A stretch of 62,986 nucleotides of DNA, filler included, from Chiloscyllium plagiosum (lineage: Eukaryota), in assembly GCF_004010195.1 (NCBI RefSeq). It is 5 parts of one record of this genome, joined end to end, with 100 filler letters (N's around TTAATTAATTAA, not from the genome) between each part and the next. Parts side by side here need not be neighbours in the genome. Positions count along the whole stretch, not along the records: positions 10,576 to 36,548 come from NC_057715.1; positions 36,649 to 51,209 come from NC_057715.1; 3 more parts are not named here. One strand, written 5' to 3'. Below, piece after piece: positions 23,730-37,103 of the stretch. Every line of letters begins with the position of its first letter. Positions within the stretch are counted from its first letter, which is position 1. Below the pieces are notes generated by a model. The model was given only the letters and a program-made list of their open reading frames with translations. It did not search any database and was not told the DNA's origin. The translations under genes were made by a program, and so were the position numbers.

Positions 23730-26590
23730 CACTTGAATCAATTATTAAGGAGGTAATGGCAGCACAATTGGAAAACGATAACCTCATCAAACAGAGTCAG
23801 CATGGCTTCACTAAATTATCTAACTTCTGCCCCCATTCGTGTTCCAAAGAACAAAGAAAATGTACAGCCCAGGAACAGGCCCTTCGGCCCTCCAAGCCTG
23901 AGCTGATCCAAATCTACTGTCTAAACGCCCAATTCCTAAGCATCTGTATCCCTCTGCTCCCCACCTACTCCTGCATCTGTCCAGACGCATCTGGGAAATT
24001 GTGCCTGACTAATGTATTAGTTTTTCGAGGAATTTGTAACCAGAGTGGATGGAGGGGAACCAGCGAATGTGTTGGATCTAGACACCAAAAGTTGTTCAAC
24101 AAGGTACCTCACAGCAGGTTACGCATCAGTCAAGAGCCCATGATGTTGGAGGTTGTATATTGGCATGGATAGGGAACTGGCTCATGGGCAGGAAACAGCA
24201 AAAGGGAATAAGGGTTTTTCCAGGTTGGTGACCCAAGACCAACCCACAGGGATCGGTGCTGGGGCTGCAACTGTTAACAATATTAATGACTTGGAGGGAG
24301 GGAGGGAATGTACTGTAGCCAGGTTTACAAACAACACAAAATGTAGGTGGGAAGGCAGGTTGTGAGTGGGATACAAATAGTTTATAAAGAGAGATTGATA
24401 GATTGAGTTCGTGGGCAAGAAGTTGGCAAAGAAGTATCACCTGGGAAAATGTGAAGTTGTTCAAAATACAAAGAACAAAATAACAGACTATTATTTAAAT
24501 AGAAAAAAATTAAAGAAAGCTGTAACACAAAGGAATCTGGAGGGACTTGTACATGAAACGAGTGTCTAAGTGTGCCCTTGTTCAAGAAGGGCAGTAGAGA
24601 AGACCCAGGGAATTATGGCCCAGCCTTACAACTTTGTTGTAGGAAACACTTTGGAAAGGATTATAAGAGATAGAATTTATAATCATCTAGCAAGCAACAA
24701 TTTAATTGGAGTCAGACAATATGGTTTCATCAAGGACAGGTCATGTCTCACAAACCTCATTGAGTTTTTTGAGAAGGTGACCAAGTATGTAGATGAGGGT
24801 AGGGCAGTTGACCTGGTGTACATGGACTTCAGTAAAGTCTTGATGAAGTGCCACATGGTAGGCTTTTGGAGAAAATGCAGAGCATGGGATTGAGGGTGAT
24901 TTAGCAGTTTGGATTAGAAACTGGCTTTCTGTAAGAAGGCAGCAAGTGGTGGTTGATGGAAAATATTCAGCCTGGAGTCTGGTTACTAGTGGTGTGCCAC
25001 ACGGATCTGTTTTGGGACCACTGCTATTTGTCATTTTGATAAATGACTTGGACGCAGGCAGAGGTGGATAGGTTAGTAAGTTTGCAGATGACACTAAAGT
25101 CGGTGGAGTGGTAGACAGTGTGGAAGAATGTTACAGGTTCAGGGGGACGTGGATAAACTGCAGAATTGGGCTGAGAGGTGGCAAATGGAATTCAATGCAG
25201 ATAAATGTGAAGCCTGATGAAGGGCTTTTGCCTGAAACATTGATTTTCCTGCTCCTCGGATGCTGCCTGACCTGCTGTGCTTTTCCAGCACCACTCTCAT
25301 CTGGACACAGCTAAATGTGAGGTGATGCACTTTGGGAAGAATAACAGGAAGGCAGAGTACTGGGTCAATGGAAAGATTCTTGGTAGTGTGGATGTGCAGA
25401 GGGATCTTGGTGTCCATGTACATAGATCCCTGAAAGTTGCCACCCAGATGGATAGTGCTGTTAAGAAGGCATACAGTGTGTTAGGTTTCATTCGTNNNNN
25501 NNNNNNNNNNNNNNNNNNNNNNNNNNNNNNNNNNNNNNNNATACAAGATGATCAGAGGATTAGATAGGGTGGACAGTGAGAGTCTTTTTCCGAGGATGAT
25601 GATAATGCCGGCTTGTACGAGGGGACATAGCTGCAAATTGAGGGGTGATAGATTTAAGACCGTTGTCAGAGGCAGGTTCTTTACTCAGAGAGTGGTAAGG
25701 GCTTGGACTGCCCTGCCTGCCCGCCCGTGTAAACTCAGCCACATTAGGAGCATTTAAATAGTCCTTGGATAAGCAAATGGATGATGATGGGATAGTATTG
25801 GGGGATGGGCTTAGATTAGTTCACAGGTCAGTGCAACATCGAGGGCCGTATTGTTTCATGTTCTATGTTCTATGAGTGCGGCAAGTAATCAGGAAGGGCA
25901 AGTGGAATGTTGGCCCTTATATCAAGGGGGTTGGAGTAAAAGAGTAGGCAAATCTTCCTGTAACTGCACAAGGTGCTGGGGAGACCACATCTGGAGCACT
26001 GTGAGCAGTTTTGATCAGATCCCCTGATTAAAGGAAAGATATCATTTCACTGGAGGTAGTTGAGAGAAGGTTTCACCAGGATGGTCCCTGGGATGGTTCC
26101 TGGGATGGTCCCTGGGATGGTCCCTGGGATGGTCCCTGGGATGGGGAGGGATTGTTTTCTGAACAAAGGCTGGACAGGTTGGGACTACTCTCTGAGAATG
26201 AGAAGAATGAGAGGGGATCTCATTGAAGCACTCAGGATTCTTAAGGGGTTCGACAGGGTCAATGCTGAGAGGACGGTTCCCTCATGGGAGAGTCTAGGAC
26301 CAGAGGACACAGTCTCAGAGTAAAGGGGCACCAGTTTCAGACTGAGATGGGGAGGAATTTCTTCTCTCAGAGGGTTGACTCTTTGGAATCCCTTGTCACA
26401 GAGAGCTGTGGGGGCAGAGTCCATGTGGATATTTAAGGCTGAGAGAGATTCTCGATCAGTCGGGAAATCAAGGGGGAAAGGGCAGGAAAGTGGGTGTGAG
26501 GAATACAGGATCAGCCATGGTTAGATTGAATGGTGGAGCAGGCTCGATGGACTGAATGGCCTCCTCCTGTCCCTATTTCTAATGGTCTTA
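23730..26590 (+). mobile_element. Nested CR1 LINE fragments (younger copy at about 24560-25875 inside an older copy)
   Basis: RT motifs ([34 protein letters not shown]) and two separate 3' ends. Confidence 0.85.
25212..25307 (+). mobile_element. Short PLE-derived element inside CR1 ORF2
   Basis: cctgatgaagggcttttgcctgaaac... flanked by the imperfect duplication cag(a/c)taaatgtga. Confidence 0.7.
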
Positions 26591-27164
26591 TGACAAACTG
26601 TGAATGTCAATTCCATTGTTATTGTGAACCTTACACTGTACTATGTTTGATTCTGTTGGTGAAATACAGCTGAGATAAGGTTAGGGTTAGGACTCAGCCT
26701 GGGATTTGTTATGTAAAGATTGCCTAAGCTGCAATGCGGCTGTGCTTTGATATCCCTGCTCAGGTCTGTCTGGTCTTACTGATGTTGAATAAAATACAAC
26801 CACTGTCACTTCAAATAATTTCCAAACTTGGGAAGAAGGGGTTATAGGAGTAATTAAGTGTTGCTGTGAACGTCCGTCTTGTTCTGGATGGTGACCCTTG
26901 TCCCTTTCCTGCCCTATTATCCTTTGCCCAATGGCCTGGCCTCTGTTCTGCACTATGACCCTTCACTCTGCCATGATCTGTGACCCATGGCTCCATCCTG
27001 CACTAACATTCCCAGCCACAATGCACCATGGTCCAGGCAGCTGATCTCTTTGAAGTTGGTGTATGTGCCATGCTCTCTCTATTCAGAAAATCTCTCCATT
27101 CCCAATCATTCTGCCCACGGCCTACACCATTCGATCGATGCTGGGGGTGGGGAGTCCTCCTTAC

Positions 27165-27313
27165 CTGACACAGGGGAATGTTTGCTGGAGCCTCACATGA
27201 CCAAGGCAGAGGGTTCTGGAAAGAATTACCCAGATAGAAGAATGTCCAGGCAATAATCACATTGTAGTAAAGAGAGACCAAGGATGCAACAACCAGCATT
27301 CCAATTCCAATCC
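27165..27313 (-). CDS. SLC6A7-like: SLC6A7-like exon, TM3 and first half of EL2
   Basis: [50 protein letters not shown]. Acceptor ccccAG, donor GTaagg, 149 bp, phase 1 to 0. Confidence 0.95.
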
Positions 27314-27712
27314 CTGGGGAAGGAGGAATGAGAATAATGTCAAGCATCATGGGGTAAAACAATCCTGACAGAATGCCGTCTGTGTAACTGGGGAGCGCCC
27401 AGAAAACCTCTTCCCACTGGTAGCCTTCAGACATTGGCTGTACGCCAAGTGACAGTTGTGGAGATTGTGAACAGACTCCACAAAAATCACTTTGGAGCTG
27501 CAGGGAAATGGAGATTTTCAAAGATTGAAAAGGATATCTTTTCTTATCACCCCTGAAAAGTGTCCAACAGTGCGGCACTCCCTCAGCACTGACCCTCCGA
27601 CAGTACGGCTGTGGAAACGTAGCTGGTTTGGAGTGAGGTTCTCCAGAAGAACAGGTTAAACAAGTAGATCGCGTCACTGTGATTAAAACCAGTAGCTGGC
27701 AATATACAACAC

Positions 27713-27844
27713 CTTTCAGCAGAGGGCAGCATTTCCACACACGTATTGGTCCAGCTCCTCCATACTGTCCCAGACTGAGCTCCATGAGGAAGAGCGGCAG
27801 GCCAGTAAATAGCATCATGATGCAGTAAGGAATCAGGAAAGCGC
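27713..27844 (-). CDS. SLC6A7-like: SLC6A7-like exon, TM2
   Basis: [44 protein letters not shown]. Acceptor ttccAG, weak donor GTgttg, 132 bp, phase 1 to 1. Confidence 0.95.
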
Positions 27845-29352
27845 CTGGAACCGAGACAGAGAACAGGATCAGAAACCCACTTGAGATACAGAGAGAAGTC
27901 AGGATAGAGAGAGAGAGAGAGAGACAGGAAGACATCTGGAATACTGAGAGAGACAGGAACACACTTGGAATAGAAAGAGACGCAAAACATGATAAGGAAC
28001 ACATCTGGGATAGAGAAAGTGAGAGAGAGAGAGAGCAGGATCAGGAACACAGTTCCAGTGGGGTTCAGAAAACCTTAATGTAATCAACCAATATCAACAT
28101 GATTTAGTGAAAGGGATATTACCTTTGACTAATTTATTGGAGTTTTAAATAGTAACAAACAAGGTAGCCAAAGGGGAACGTCTCCATGTTGTCCAGAATT
28201 TAGTTGACACATCAAAGGTTCCCACACAAAATCAGAGCACATGGCATTGGGCAGAGCACATTGGGACAGACAGAGGATTGGTTTATTGCTCCAGTTGTGT
28301 AGAGCACTGAGATGTCTGGAGTACTGTGTCCAATGTTGGTGAATGTCAAGAAACATTTTGAAAGTGTTATAAGTATTTCAGAGAGCTGGTCTGTGGGATA
28401 AAGGAGGGGGCTATCTGACAAGGTAAAGGTGGATAGAGTGGGCCTGTTCCGGAGAATGGGAGGTGATCCTACTGAAACATAGAAGAGTCTGAGGAGACTT
28501 GACAAGGTGGATGTTGAAACGACGATCCCCTTGTGGGACAGACTGAACTAGTTTAAAATTACACGGTCTGCCATTTATCACTGAGATGAAGAGAAATGTT
28601 TTTCTCTCAGATGGTTGGTTAGGCCTTGGCTCTCACTTGACCAGAGAATGGTGGAGGCAAAATCTTTAAATTTTTTACAGAGGAAGAGACTAACAATGGA
28701 GTCAAAGGTTATCAGGGTGAGGTAGGAATGTGGAGTTGAGGTCGCAGTCAGATCAGCTGGTCAGATCACGGCCATCATCTTATTAATTGGGAGAGCAGGT
28801 TGGAACGGGTCGATTGGCCCACATCAGCTTATAATTTGTATATTTGTATATAAAAGTATTCCCAAATCATTTTAAAGGTATACTTTCTTGCTAAGTTTTA
28901 AAAATGATCTTTGTTGGACAAAACTGTGGCTGCTAATCATATGATATGAATTGACTTCAGTTTCTGGAAAGTTCCAACAACAATTACAAACTCAGGCACC
29001 ACTGTCCTGGAACCTTGCAGCTTTGCATTCTGTAATCGGTAAGTGCCAAAGAATAATGGACAATGTCAGTCCCCGGGACGGGCTGGTTCCCAACGAGCTC
29101 ATAAGATTCATTCCACCTGCAGAAGGACCAATGGCCCATTATCTACCCCACACAGTGACTGGGGCAAAGAAAACTTATCTCGACATACGTGTGATAGTGG
29201 TAATAACGCCAAATATCACCCCCGAGGTAAGCAATTGATCCTTGACTGTGGGTGAGGGCTGGGGCGGGTGGAGAAATGCACACGGAGCAGAAAAGGGTCG
29301 AGAGAGTGAAAGAGCTTGGCCAACGTGATTCAGATGGAATGCTGCTTTCTAC

Positions 29353-29581
29353 CTCCTCCATTGCGATAGCAGAGATAGGGGAACCTCCAGACGTTGCCCA
29401 GTCCCACGCAGTATCCGATACAGGACAGCAAAAACTCATGCTTCCCTCCCCAAGTGCCTCGGGGTGGTAGTGCCTCAGGAGCAGGTGCTGCAGTCTCCGA
29501 CACGGACTGGGGCTGGGGCTCAACAGCCTCCTGGGTCCGGACATTGTTCTCCAAGTTCCCGCTGCTTAGAGTAACAATGGC
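29353..29581 (-). CDS. SLC6A7-like: SLC6A7/PROT-like transporter, exon encoding N-terminus and TM1
   Basis: Translates AIVTL...[38 protein letters not shown], the SLC6 signature with PROT-type YCVGLGN. Acceptor cccctgtacAG, donor GTagaa, 229 bp, phase 0 to 1. Confidence 0.93.
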
Positions 29582-30736
29582 CTGTACAGGGGAAACAGGT
29601 TGATGGTTGTTAGCAAAGTAAGCATAGCCTAAGATTTTACACAAAATTATTTCAAATGTATAACAGAGACACAGGCCATTCAGCCCATCCAGCCCGTGTT
29701 GGTGTTTATCCTACATTCAGTCTTCCCCCCATCCTTCATCATCTAACTCCATAGAGAATGGAGGTCAGCCTGCAGCACCCAATCTGCCCTGCCTTTCATT
29801 GAGATCGTGGATGATCGGATTCTGCTCAACTCTGCTTTCCTGCCTTTTCCCCATAACCCTTGATTCCATTACTGATTAAAAATCTCTCCCTCTCTCAGCC
29901 TTGAATATATTTAATAACCCAGGTTCCACAGCTTCCTGCAGAAGAGAATTCCACAGGTACACTACCCTCTGAAAGGACACATCCCCCACATTTCTGTCTT
30001 AACCAGGCGATTTCTTGTTCTGAGATTCTACCCTTTGACCTTATACTCCCTCACAGGGAAAGTGTCCATCCTCCATGCTCCCTAAGATTCTTATACATTT
30101 TAATAAGGCTGCTCATGCCTCAAAATGCCAATGAGGACAAGATGAATATACTCAACTTCCTTCTAATAAAATCTCTCCATACCCAGGATCAGCTTGGTGA
30201 GCCGCCTCTCCTATAAAGGACAGTATATCTTTCCTTAGATCAGGGAACTGCAAATGTTCACAGTATTCCAGCTGTGGTCTGATTAGTATTTAGTACAGTT
30301 TTAGCAAGGCCTTCCTGTTTTTAAACTCTATTCCCTTTGAAATAAAGGCCAACGTTCCATCGATGTAGGATGATGGCTTTTTTGTGACTCAAGGACAAGG
30401 ATTCCCAAACCCCTCTGTGCTGTGGGTTCCTGCAGTCTTCCTCCATTTAAACAATATTCAGCACCCATATTCCTCTTCACATTTCTACACATTGTATTCT
30501 ATCTGTCGAGTTTTGCCACTTAAGTAACCCGTCTATCAGTTGGATTTGTGAGTGTCATAGAATTTTACTGTTTAAATATTGTGTCACTGATTGGATGACA
30601 TAAAAGTGGTGAAAAGGAACAGCAAGCTAAAGCTGAGGTCAATGTTAATTAAAAGCAAGAGAGAAGCCCCTTTCCCAGGAGACACAAGCAAGCCTTAATG
30701 AGTTATAATTGATTAAATGGGCCAGGATAGATGGCA

Positions 30737-31370
30737 CAGGGTGTAAGTTTGCTCGCTGAGCTGGTAGGTATGCTTTCAGACGTTTCGTCACCGTGCTAGG
30801 TAACATCATCAATGAGCCTCCGATGAGGCACTGATGTTCTGTTCCGTTTGCTGTTTATGTGTCTTGGTCTGTTAAGGTGGGTGATATCACTTCTGGTCCT
30901 TTTTCTGAGGTTGGTAAATGGGGTCCAACTCGATGTGTTTATTGATGGAATTACGGTTTGAGTGCCAGGCCTCCAGGAATTCCTGTGCGTGTCTCTGTTT
31001 AACCTGTCCTAGGATGGGTGTGTTATCCCAGTCAAAGTGGTGTCCTCCTTCCTCTGTGTGTAAGATGAAAGCTGGTCTTGTCTTTTGGTGGTTAGTTGGT
31101 GTTATCCCGGAGGCTATTTTCCTGTGTCTGTCCAATGTAGTGTTTGTTGCAGTCCTTGCAGGGTATTTTGTAAATGACATTTGTTTCGCTGGTTGTTGGT
31201 ACAGGATCCTTTAGGTTCATCAGTAGCTGTTTCACTATGTTGATCAGTTTGTGGGCTACCATGATGTCAAGGGGTCGGAGTAGTCTGGTAATGATCTCTG
31301 AGACAAATCAGCTAGCAAATATCCAACCTGAATCTCAACCTGAGCTACATATCTTCCCAAACATTGCATA
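30737..31370 (-). mobile_element. Penelope-like element fragment (second subfamily) with pseudo-LTR
   Basis: ORF 30887-31180 contains HHFDWDNTPILGQVKQRHAQEFLEAWHSNRNSINKHIELDPIY. A degenerate hammerhead core lies at 30776-30815. Confidence 0.8.
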
Positions 31371-32869
31371 GATGACACATTTATGAAGTCTCTAAGAGGT
31401 CAACCGATCATGTCCTTAAGACTGGGCAGTGTCAAGGTTTGGATTATTTTATCTGGAAAGAGTACAGAGCAAGCCTGTCTCCCAGCACAGTTAGCTAGCT
31501 CAGGAAAGAGGTTGTTTCACCTATGGCTGGGAGTTTGGTACACAGTAGAGCAGATCCCCTCTTCAGACATATCGAGGTAAAAGCATCGTCAATTGTAAGC
31601 ATCGTCTGGGTAAGACTTTTGCAGTAATTTTTCCAGTGTCCTTTGCTTCAACAAAGAGCATTGGGTATATTCTGTTGTTGGAACTGTCTTACCTGGGAAT
31701 GAAAGCCTGCATTGGTTAAGAGTTGTCTGATATTCCATCTCCCTCCCTTCTTGAATAAGGGTGTGATAATTGCAGTTTACTAACCCTCTGGAAATTTTCC
31801 AGCATGTAAGGATTCCTGGAGGTTTGCTACAGTACACCCACCATCTCTATCTCTACTTCCTTTAATATGTTAGGACCTCAGGTCCTGGCAGACATATTGG
31901 TCTTCAGTTTGCTTAGTATATTTTCTTTAGTGATAGTGATTATATTTTTTTTACTCCCTCCATTTGCTGCTCGATTATTTAGCATTCTTATCCACTGTCC
32001 TAGGGTTTACCTAAAATATATCTATACTGACAGCTATATGGAATCTTCTGGATTAATGTGTCTGGCCGTCATCTCCATGGGGTTGGAACACAGGACCATG
32101 GTCGGTGGAGCAGTTGTTGAAATTGCTGGAACAACAGCCGTCAGATCTAGGTCCTAACCTCAGGAAGGAGATATTAGTCTAGGTCAGATTCACCAGCATG
32201 TTACCGGGGATAAAGGTTTAAAATTACAGGGCTGAGGTTAAAATTAGAGCTAGTCCCTTCCCCCGAAATGCTGCTGAGTCTGAGTACCTATTGAAAATTT
32301 CAGGACTGATATTGATGGATCATTATTAGGCAAGGGTATTCAAGGGTGAAGTAAAAGTGTCAATCAGTTCTGATTGAAGTGACTGTCGGAACAGCTTGTT
32401 CCTGTGTTAGTCAGGAGGAGATCTATTTGTCTCATTGTGCCTGTTCTATCCCTTTGAAAGAGCTCCCAATTATCTCCATCCCCTGCTTGTCCTCCAATTC
32501 CCTGCAACATTGTGCCTTCAATTATTTCTCCATTGAATCGGATTTCACTGCCTTACACAAAATGCATTCGGGATCACAACACACTGTATATAAAAAAAAT
32601 TAGTTCTTTTGAAAATTACTTTAAACCTGGGATCGAAGATGACTAGCAATCCACCACTGGAAACTCTCTCTGTTGACCCATTTGGTGAAAGCTCCTCTCA
32701 CTATTGACCAATTCCACCAAAGTTCCCTTTAAAGGTTACTTCAAGTCCAGTGCTGACTGATAGTGAGTAACCTGTTCTAACTGCTCTCTGCCTAATGCCC
32801 CTAGGACATCCTCAAACCCATACTAGCCAATAATTTACTGATAAAAATGTTATTCATGTTAATATTTAG

Positions 32870-35800
32870 TAAATAGGATCAGTTAGAGAATTGGTTAATG
32901 AGCAGGAAACAGAGACGAGGGTCATTTTCAGGATGGAGAGGGATCAATGGACAAAAGGTTGGCAAATGGAGTATAATATGGAAAAACACGATGTCGTTCA
33001 TTTTGGAAGGGAGAACAGAAGAACAGCATATTGCTTAAATGGTTAGACACTGCAGGAAGCTGCTATACAAAGGGACTTGGGGGTACGTGTACACAACACA
33101 GAAAGCTAGTACACGGGTGCAGCAGGTAATCAGGAAAGCTCATGGAATGTTAGCCCTTATTTCAAATAGGGTTTGGATTATAAGAGTAGGGGAGTTGAAA
33201 TAGCTGCGCAGAGACTAGTATCCCATCATCAAGTCCCTCTTTTATCTACCTGTGCACAGTGGACTGCCTATGGCCAGCCAGCTCAGAGTCAATCCCCTGA
33301 AATTCGGAATCCCCTGTTCATATTGGTCAGCAGAGTTTCCTGACTGAAAATGTGTTGCTGGAAAAGCGCAGCAGGTCAGGCAGCATCCAGGGAACAGGAG
33401 AATCAACGTTTCGGGCATAAGCCCTTCTTCAGAGTTTCCTGACTGCCCAGGCACACACTCCAATTGAGAATCTCATTGTCAACAAGACCTACCTGGTTCC
33501 AATCACTACAGACGTCTTTCTGGAATTGTACAATGTGCTGATGGGACTACATCTGGACTACTGCGAGCAGTTAAGGTCCCCTTATTAAAGGAAAGATATC
33601 ATTTCATTGGAGGCAGTAGAGAGAAGGTTCATTTGGGTGGTCCCTGGGATGGGGAGGGATTGTCTTAGGAGCAAAGGATAAAGAGTTGGGACTCAACTCA
33701 CTGGAGTTTATAAGAATGAGAGGGGATCTCATTGAAACTTCCAGGATTCTTAAGGGGCTTGACAGGGTCAATGCTGAGAGGATGGTTCCCCTCATGGGAG
33801 AGTCTAGGACCAGAGGGTATCAACTTAGAATAATGGGGCGCCAATTTAATTCAGATGAGGGTTTCAGAGGGTTGAGTCCTTGGCACGCCTTGCCACAGAG
33901 AGCTGTGTATTTGTGTATCACACAGAGCTCCTTGCCACTAAGAGTCCTTGCGTACATTGAGGGTGGAGGTAGATAGTTTCTTGATCATTTGGGAACTAAG
34001 GGTTATGGGAAAGGGCAGGAAAGTGAACATGAGGAAGGTCGGATCAGCCATGATCCTATTGAGAGACAGCACAGGCTCAAGGGGACAAATGGCCTCCTCC
34101 TGCTCCTATTTCTTCTGGTCTTATGGACCATGCTGTGACCTGAATGATTGACATAAATGACTTGGATGAAGGAACCAAATATACGTGTTTTTAATTAATC
34201 TGTTCACGTATGTTCTGACACACGGCCGGAGCAGGTCTGACTTGAAGCCAATCCTGGTCCAAGTGGGGACACTCCACCTTCACTACAAGACTCTCCAGGA
34301 ACCAAATGTATGACTGCTAAATTTACTGATGACCCAAAGCGAACAGAGTAAGTTGTGAAGGAGTACATAAGGAGGCAACAAAGGCATATCGATAGGTTAG
34401 TGAGTCGGCCTAAATTTGGCAACCAGAGTATAATGTGAGAAAATGTGAATTTGTCCATTTGTCCGGGGGAACAGAAACAGCATATTATTCCAATGGAGAG
34501 AAGTTACAGAGGTCTGCGCACAGAGGGAACTGGCTGTGCTGGGTGCACAAAACAACAAAACCATGCAAGTACATGTGTAATTGGAAAGACAAATAGAACA
34601 TTGTCATTTACTCCAAGGGAAACTGAATTTAAAAGAGCATAAGACCATTTTGCTGTAGTTGTACAGGATGTTTGCTGAGACTGCAGCTGGACTACTGTGT
34701 ACACTTTTGGTTTCTTAATTTTAAAATGGGATAAACACGAGTCAGACACAATTTAAATAAGTTTCACTCGGCTGATACTGAGCTTGGGGCTAATGTTATG
34801 AGGAGTGTGTGGATAGGGTGGGTCTGTATCTGTGGGGAGGTTGTAAGATTGAGAAATTATTTAAGACCACAAGGTCACAAGATGTAATCAACAACAGAAA
34901 GCCATTTGGCCCATTGAGTCTGCCCTGTCATTCAATCCTCAATCCCACTTTCCAGCCTTTGCCCTAGCCTTGATTCCCTTCCTGATTAAATTTCTGGCTC
35001 TCTCAGCCTTGAATATGCGGAATGACCCAGCCTCAACAGCCCTCTGTTCCACAGAATCACTCCCCTCGGGGTGAAGAGATTCCTGTGACCAGTGGTGTGC
35101 TGCAAGGATCGGTTCTGGGTCTACTGTTGTTAGTCATTTATGTCAATGATTTGGATGAGAATATAGGGGATATGGTTAGTAAGTTTACAGATGACACCAA
35201 AATTGGTGGTATAATGGACAGCAAAGAAGGTTTCTAAGAGTACAAAGAGATCTTGATCAGATGGGCCAATGGGCTGAGAATTGGCAGATGGAGATTTAAT
35301 TTAGATAAATGTAAGGTGCTGCATTTTGGTAAGGCAAACCAGGGCAGGACTTACCCAGTTATTGGTAGGGCCCTGGGGAGTGTTGTTGAACAGAGAGACC
35401 GAGGGGTACAGGTTCAGAGTTCCTTGAAAGCGATGACAGGATGGTGAAGAATGCATCTGGTAAGCTTTCCTTTATTGGTCAGAGCATTGAGTATAGGAGT
35501 TATGATGTCATGTTACAGCTGTAACAAGACATTAATAAGGCCACTTTTGGAATACTGTGTACAATTCTGGTCACCTAGCTAGGTGTTGTTAAACTAGAAA
35601 GGACACAGAAAAGAATTTACAAGGAAATTCCCAGGACTGGAGAGCTTCAGTTATAAGGTGAGGTTGGATTGGCAGGGACCTTTGTCCCTGGAGTGTTGGC
35701 AGCTGAGAGGTGACCTTACAGAGGTTTATAAAATCATGAGGGCTTGGCTAGAGTGAAAAGCCAATGTCTTTTCCCCAGGGTAGGGGAGTCTAAAAGTAGA

Positions 35801-36548
35801 TGGTTTAAGGTGAGAGGGGAAAGAATTAAAAGGGACCTCAGGGGCAACCATTTCACATAGATGGTGGAGTGGGTATGGAATGAGTTGCCAGAGTGAGTGG
35901 GAGATACAGGTATAATTACAATGTTTAAAAGACATTTGGAAATGTCTATGAATAGGAAAGGTTTAGAGGGATATGGACCAAATGTAGGCAAATGGGATGA
36001 GTTTACTTTGGGATATCTGGTCAGCATGGACAAGTTGGACCAAAGGGTCTATTTCTGTGCTGCATAACTCTATGACTCTCTATCTAGTTTTAAGTATGAA
36101 TCATTATTCTGAGATTATACCCTCTATTCACAAACTTGATTGAGTTTTTTGAAGAAGTAACAAAGAAGATTGATGAAGCTAGAGCAGTAGATGTGAACTA
36201 TATGGACTTCAGTAAGGCGTTCGACAAGGTTCCCCATGGGAGAATGATTAGCAAGGTTAGATCTCATGGAATACAGGGAGAACTAGCCATTTAGATACAA
36301 AACTGGCCCAAAGGTAGAAGACAGAGGGTGGTGGTGGAGGGTTGTTTTCCATAGGTGACCTGTGACCAGTGGAGTGCCACAAGGATCGGTGCTGGGCCCT
36401 CTACTTTTTGTCATTTACATAAATGATTTGGATGCGAGCATAAGAGGTACAGTTAGTAAGTTTGCAGATGACACCAAAATTGGAGGTGTAGTGGACAGCG
36501 AAGAGGGTTACCTCAGATTACAACAGGATCTGGACCAGATGAGCCAAT
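32870..36548 (+). mobile_element. Cluster of CR1 LINE fragments
   Basis: [41 protein letters not shown]...FADDTK. Confidence 0.85.
33347..33429 (-). mobile_element. Short PLE-derived element
   Basis: TSD cagagtttcctgactg (33331-33346 and 33430-33445). Minus strand reads CTGAAGAAGGGCTTATGCCCGAAACGTT. Confidence 0.7.
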
Positions 36549-36648
36549 NNNNNNNNNNNNNNNNNNNNNNNNNNNNNNNNNNNNNNNNNNNNTTAATTAA
36601 TTAANNNNNNNNNNNNNNNNNNNNNNNNNNNNNNNNNNNNNNNNNNNN

Positions 36649-37103
36649 GCTGCACTGTCGGACGATCAGTACTGAAGGAAGGCTGCACTGTCAGAGGATC
36701 AGTGCTGAAGGAGTGCTGCACTGTTGGAGGATTAGTACTCAGGGAGTGTGGCACTGTCAGAGGGTCAGTACTGAGGGAGTGCTGCACTGTCGGAGGGTCA
36801 GTGCTGAGGGAGTGCTGACTGTCGGAGGGGTCAGTGCGAGGGAGTGCTGCACTGTCGGAGGGTCAGTGCTGAGGGAGTGGGCACTGTCGGAGGGTCAGTG
36901 TTGAGGGAGTGGGTACTGTCGGACGGTCAGTGCTGAGCGAGTGCCACACTGTCGGAGGGTCAGTGCTGAGGGAATGCCACACTGTCGGAGGGTCAGTGCT
37001 GAGGGAGTGGGCACTGTCGGACGGTCAGTGCTGAGCGAGTGCCACACTGTCGGACGGTCAGTGCTGAGCGAGTTTCACACTGTCGGAGGGTCAGTGCTGA
37101 GGG
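36649..37103. repeat. About 33-bp dispersed minisatellite
   Basis: Unit gggagtgctgcactgtcggagggtcagtgctga. The family also occurs at 47520-47972, inverted at 43056-43232, and as about one unit at 27568-27605. Confidence 0.9.

Noticed and set aside
26080..26141. MVPG pentarepeat peptide
   Set aside because: A 12-bp slippage expansion within a decayed CR1 copy.
36649..37103. CRISPR-like regular repeats of about 33 bp (also 47520-47972)
   Set aside because: Head-to-tail units with no unique spacers and no cas genes, in a vertebrate context; a minisatellite.
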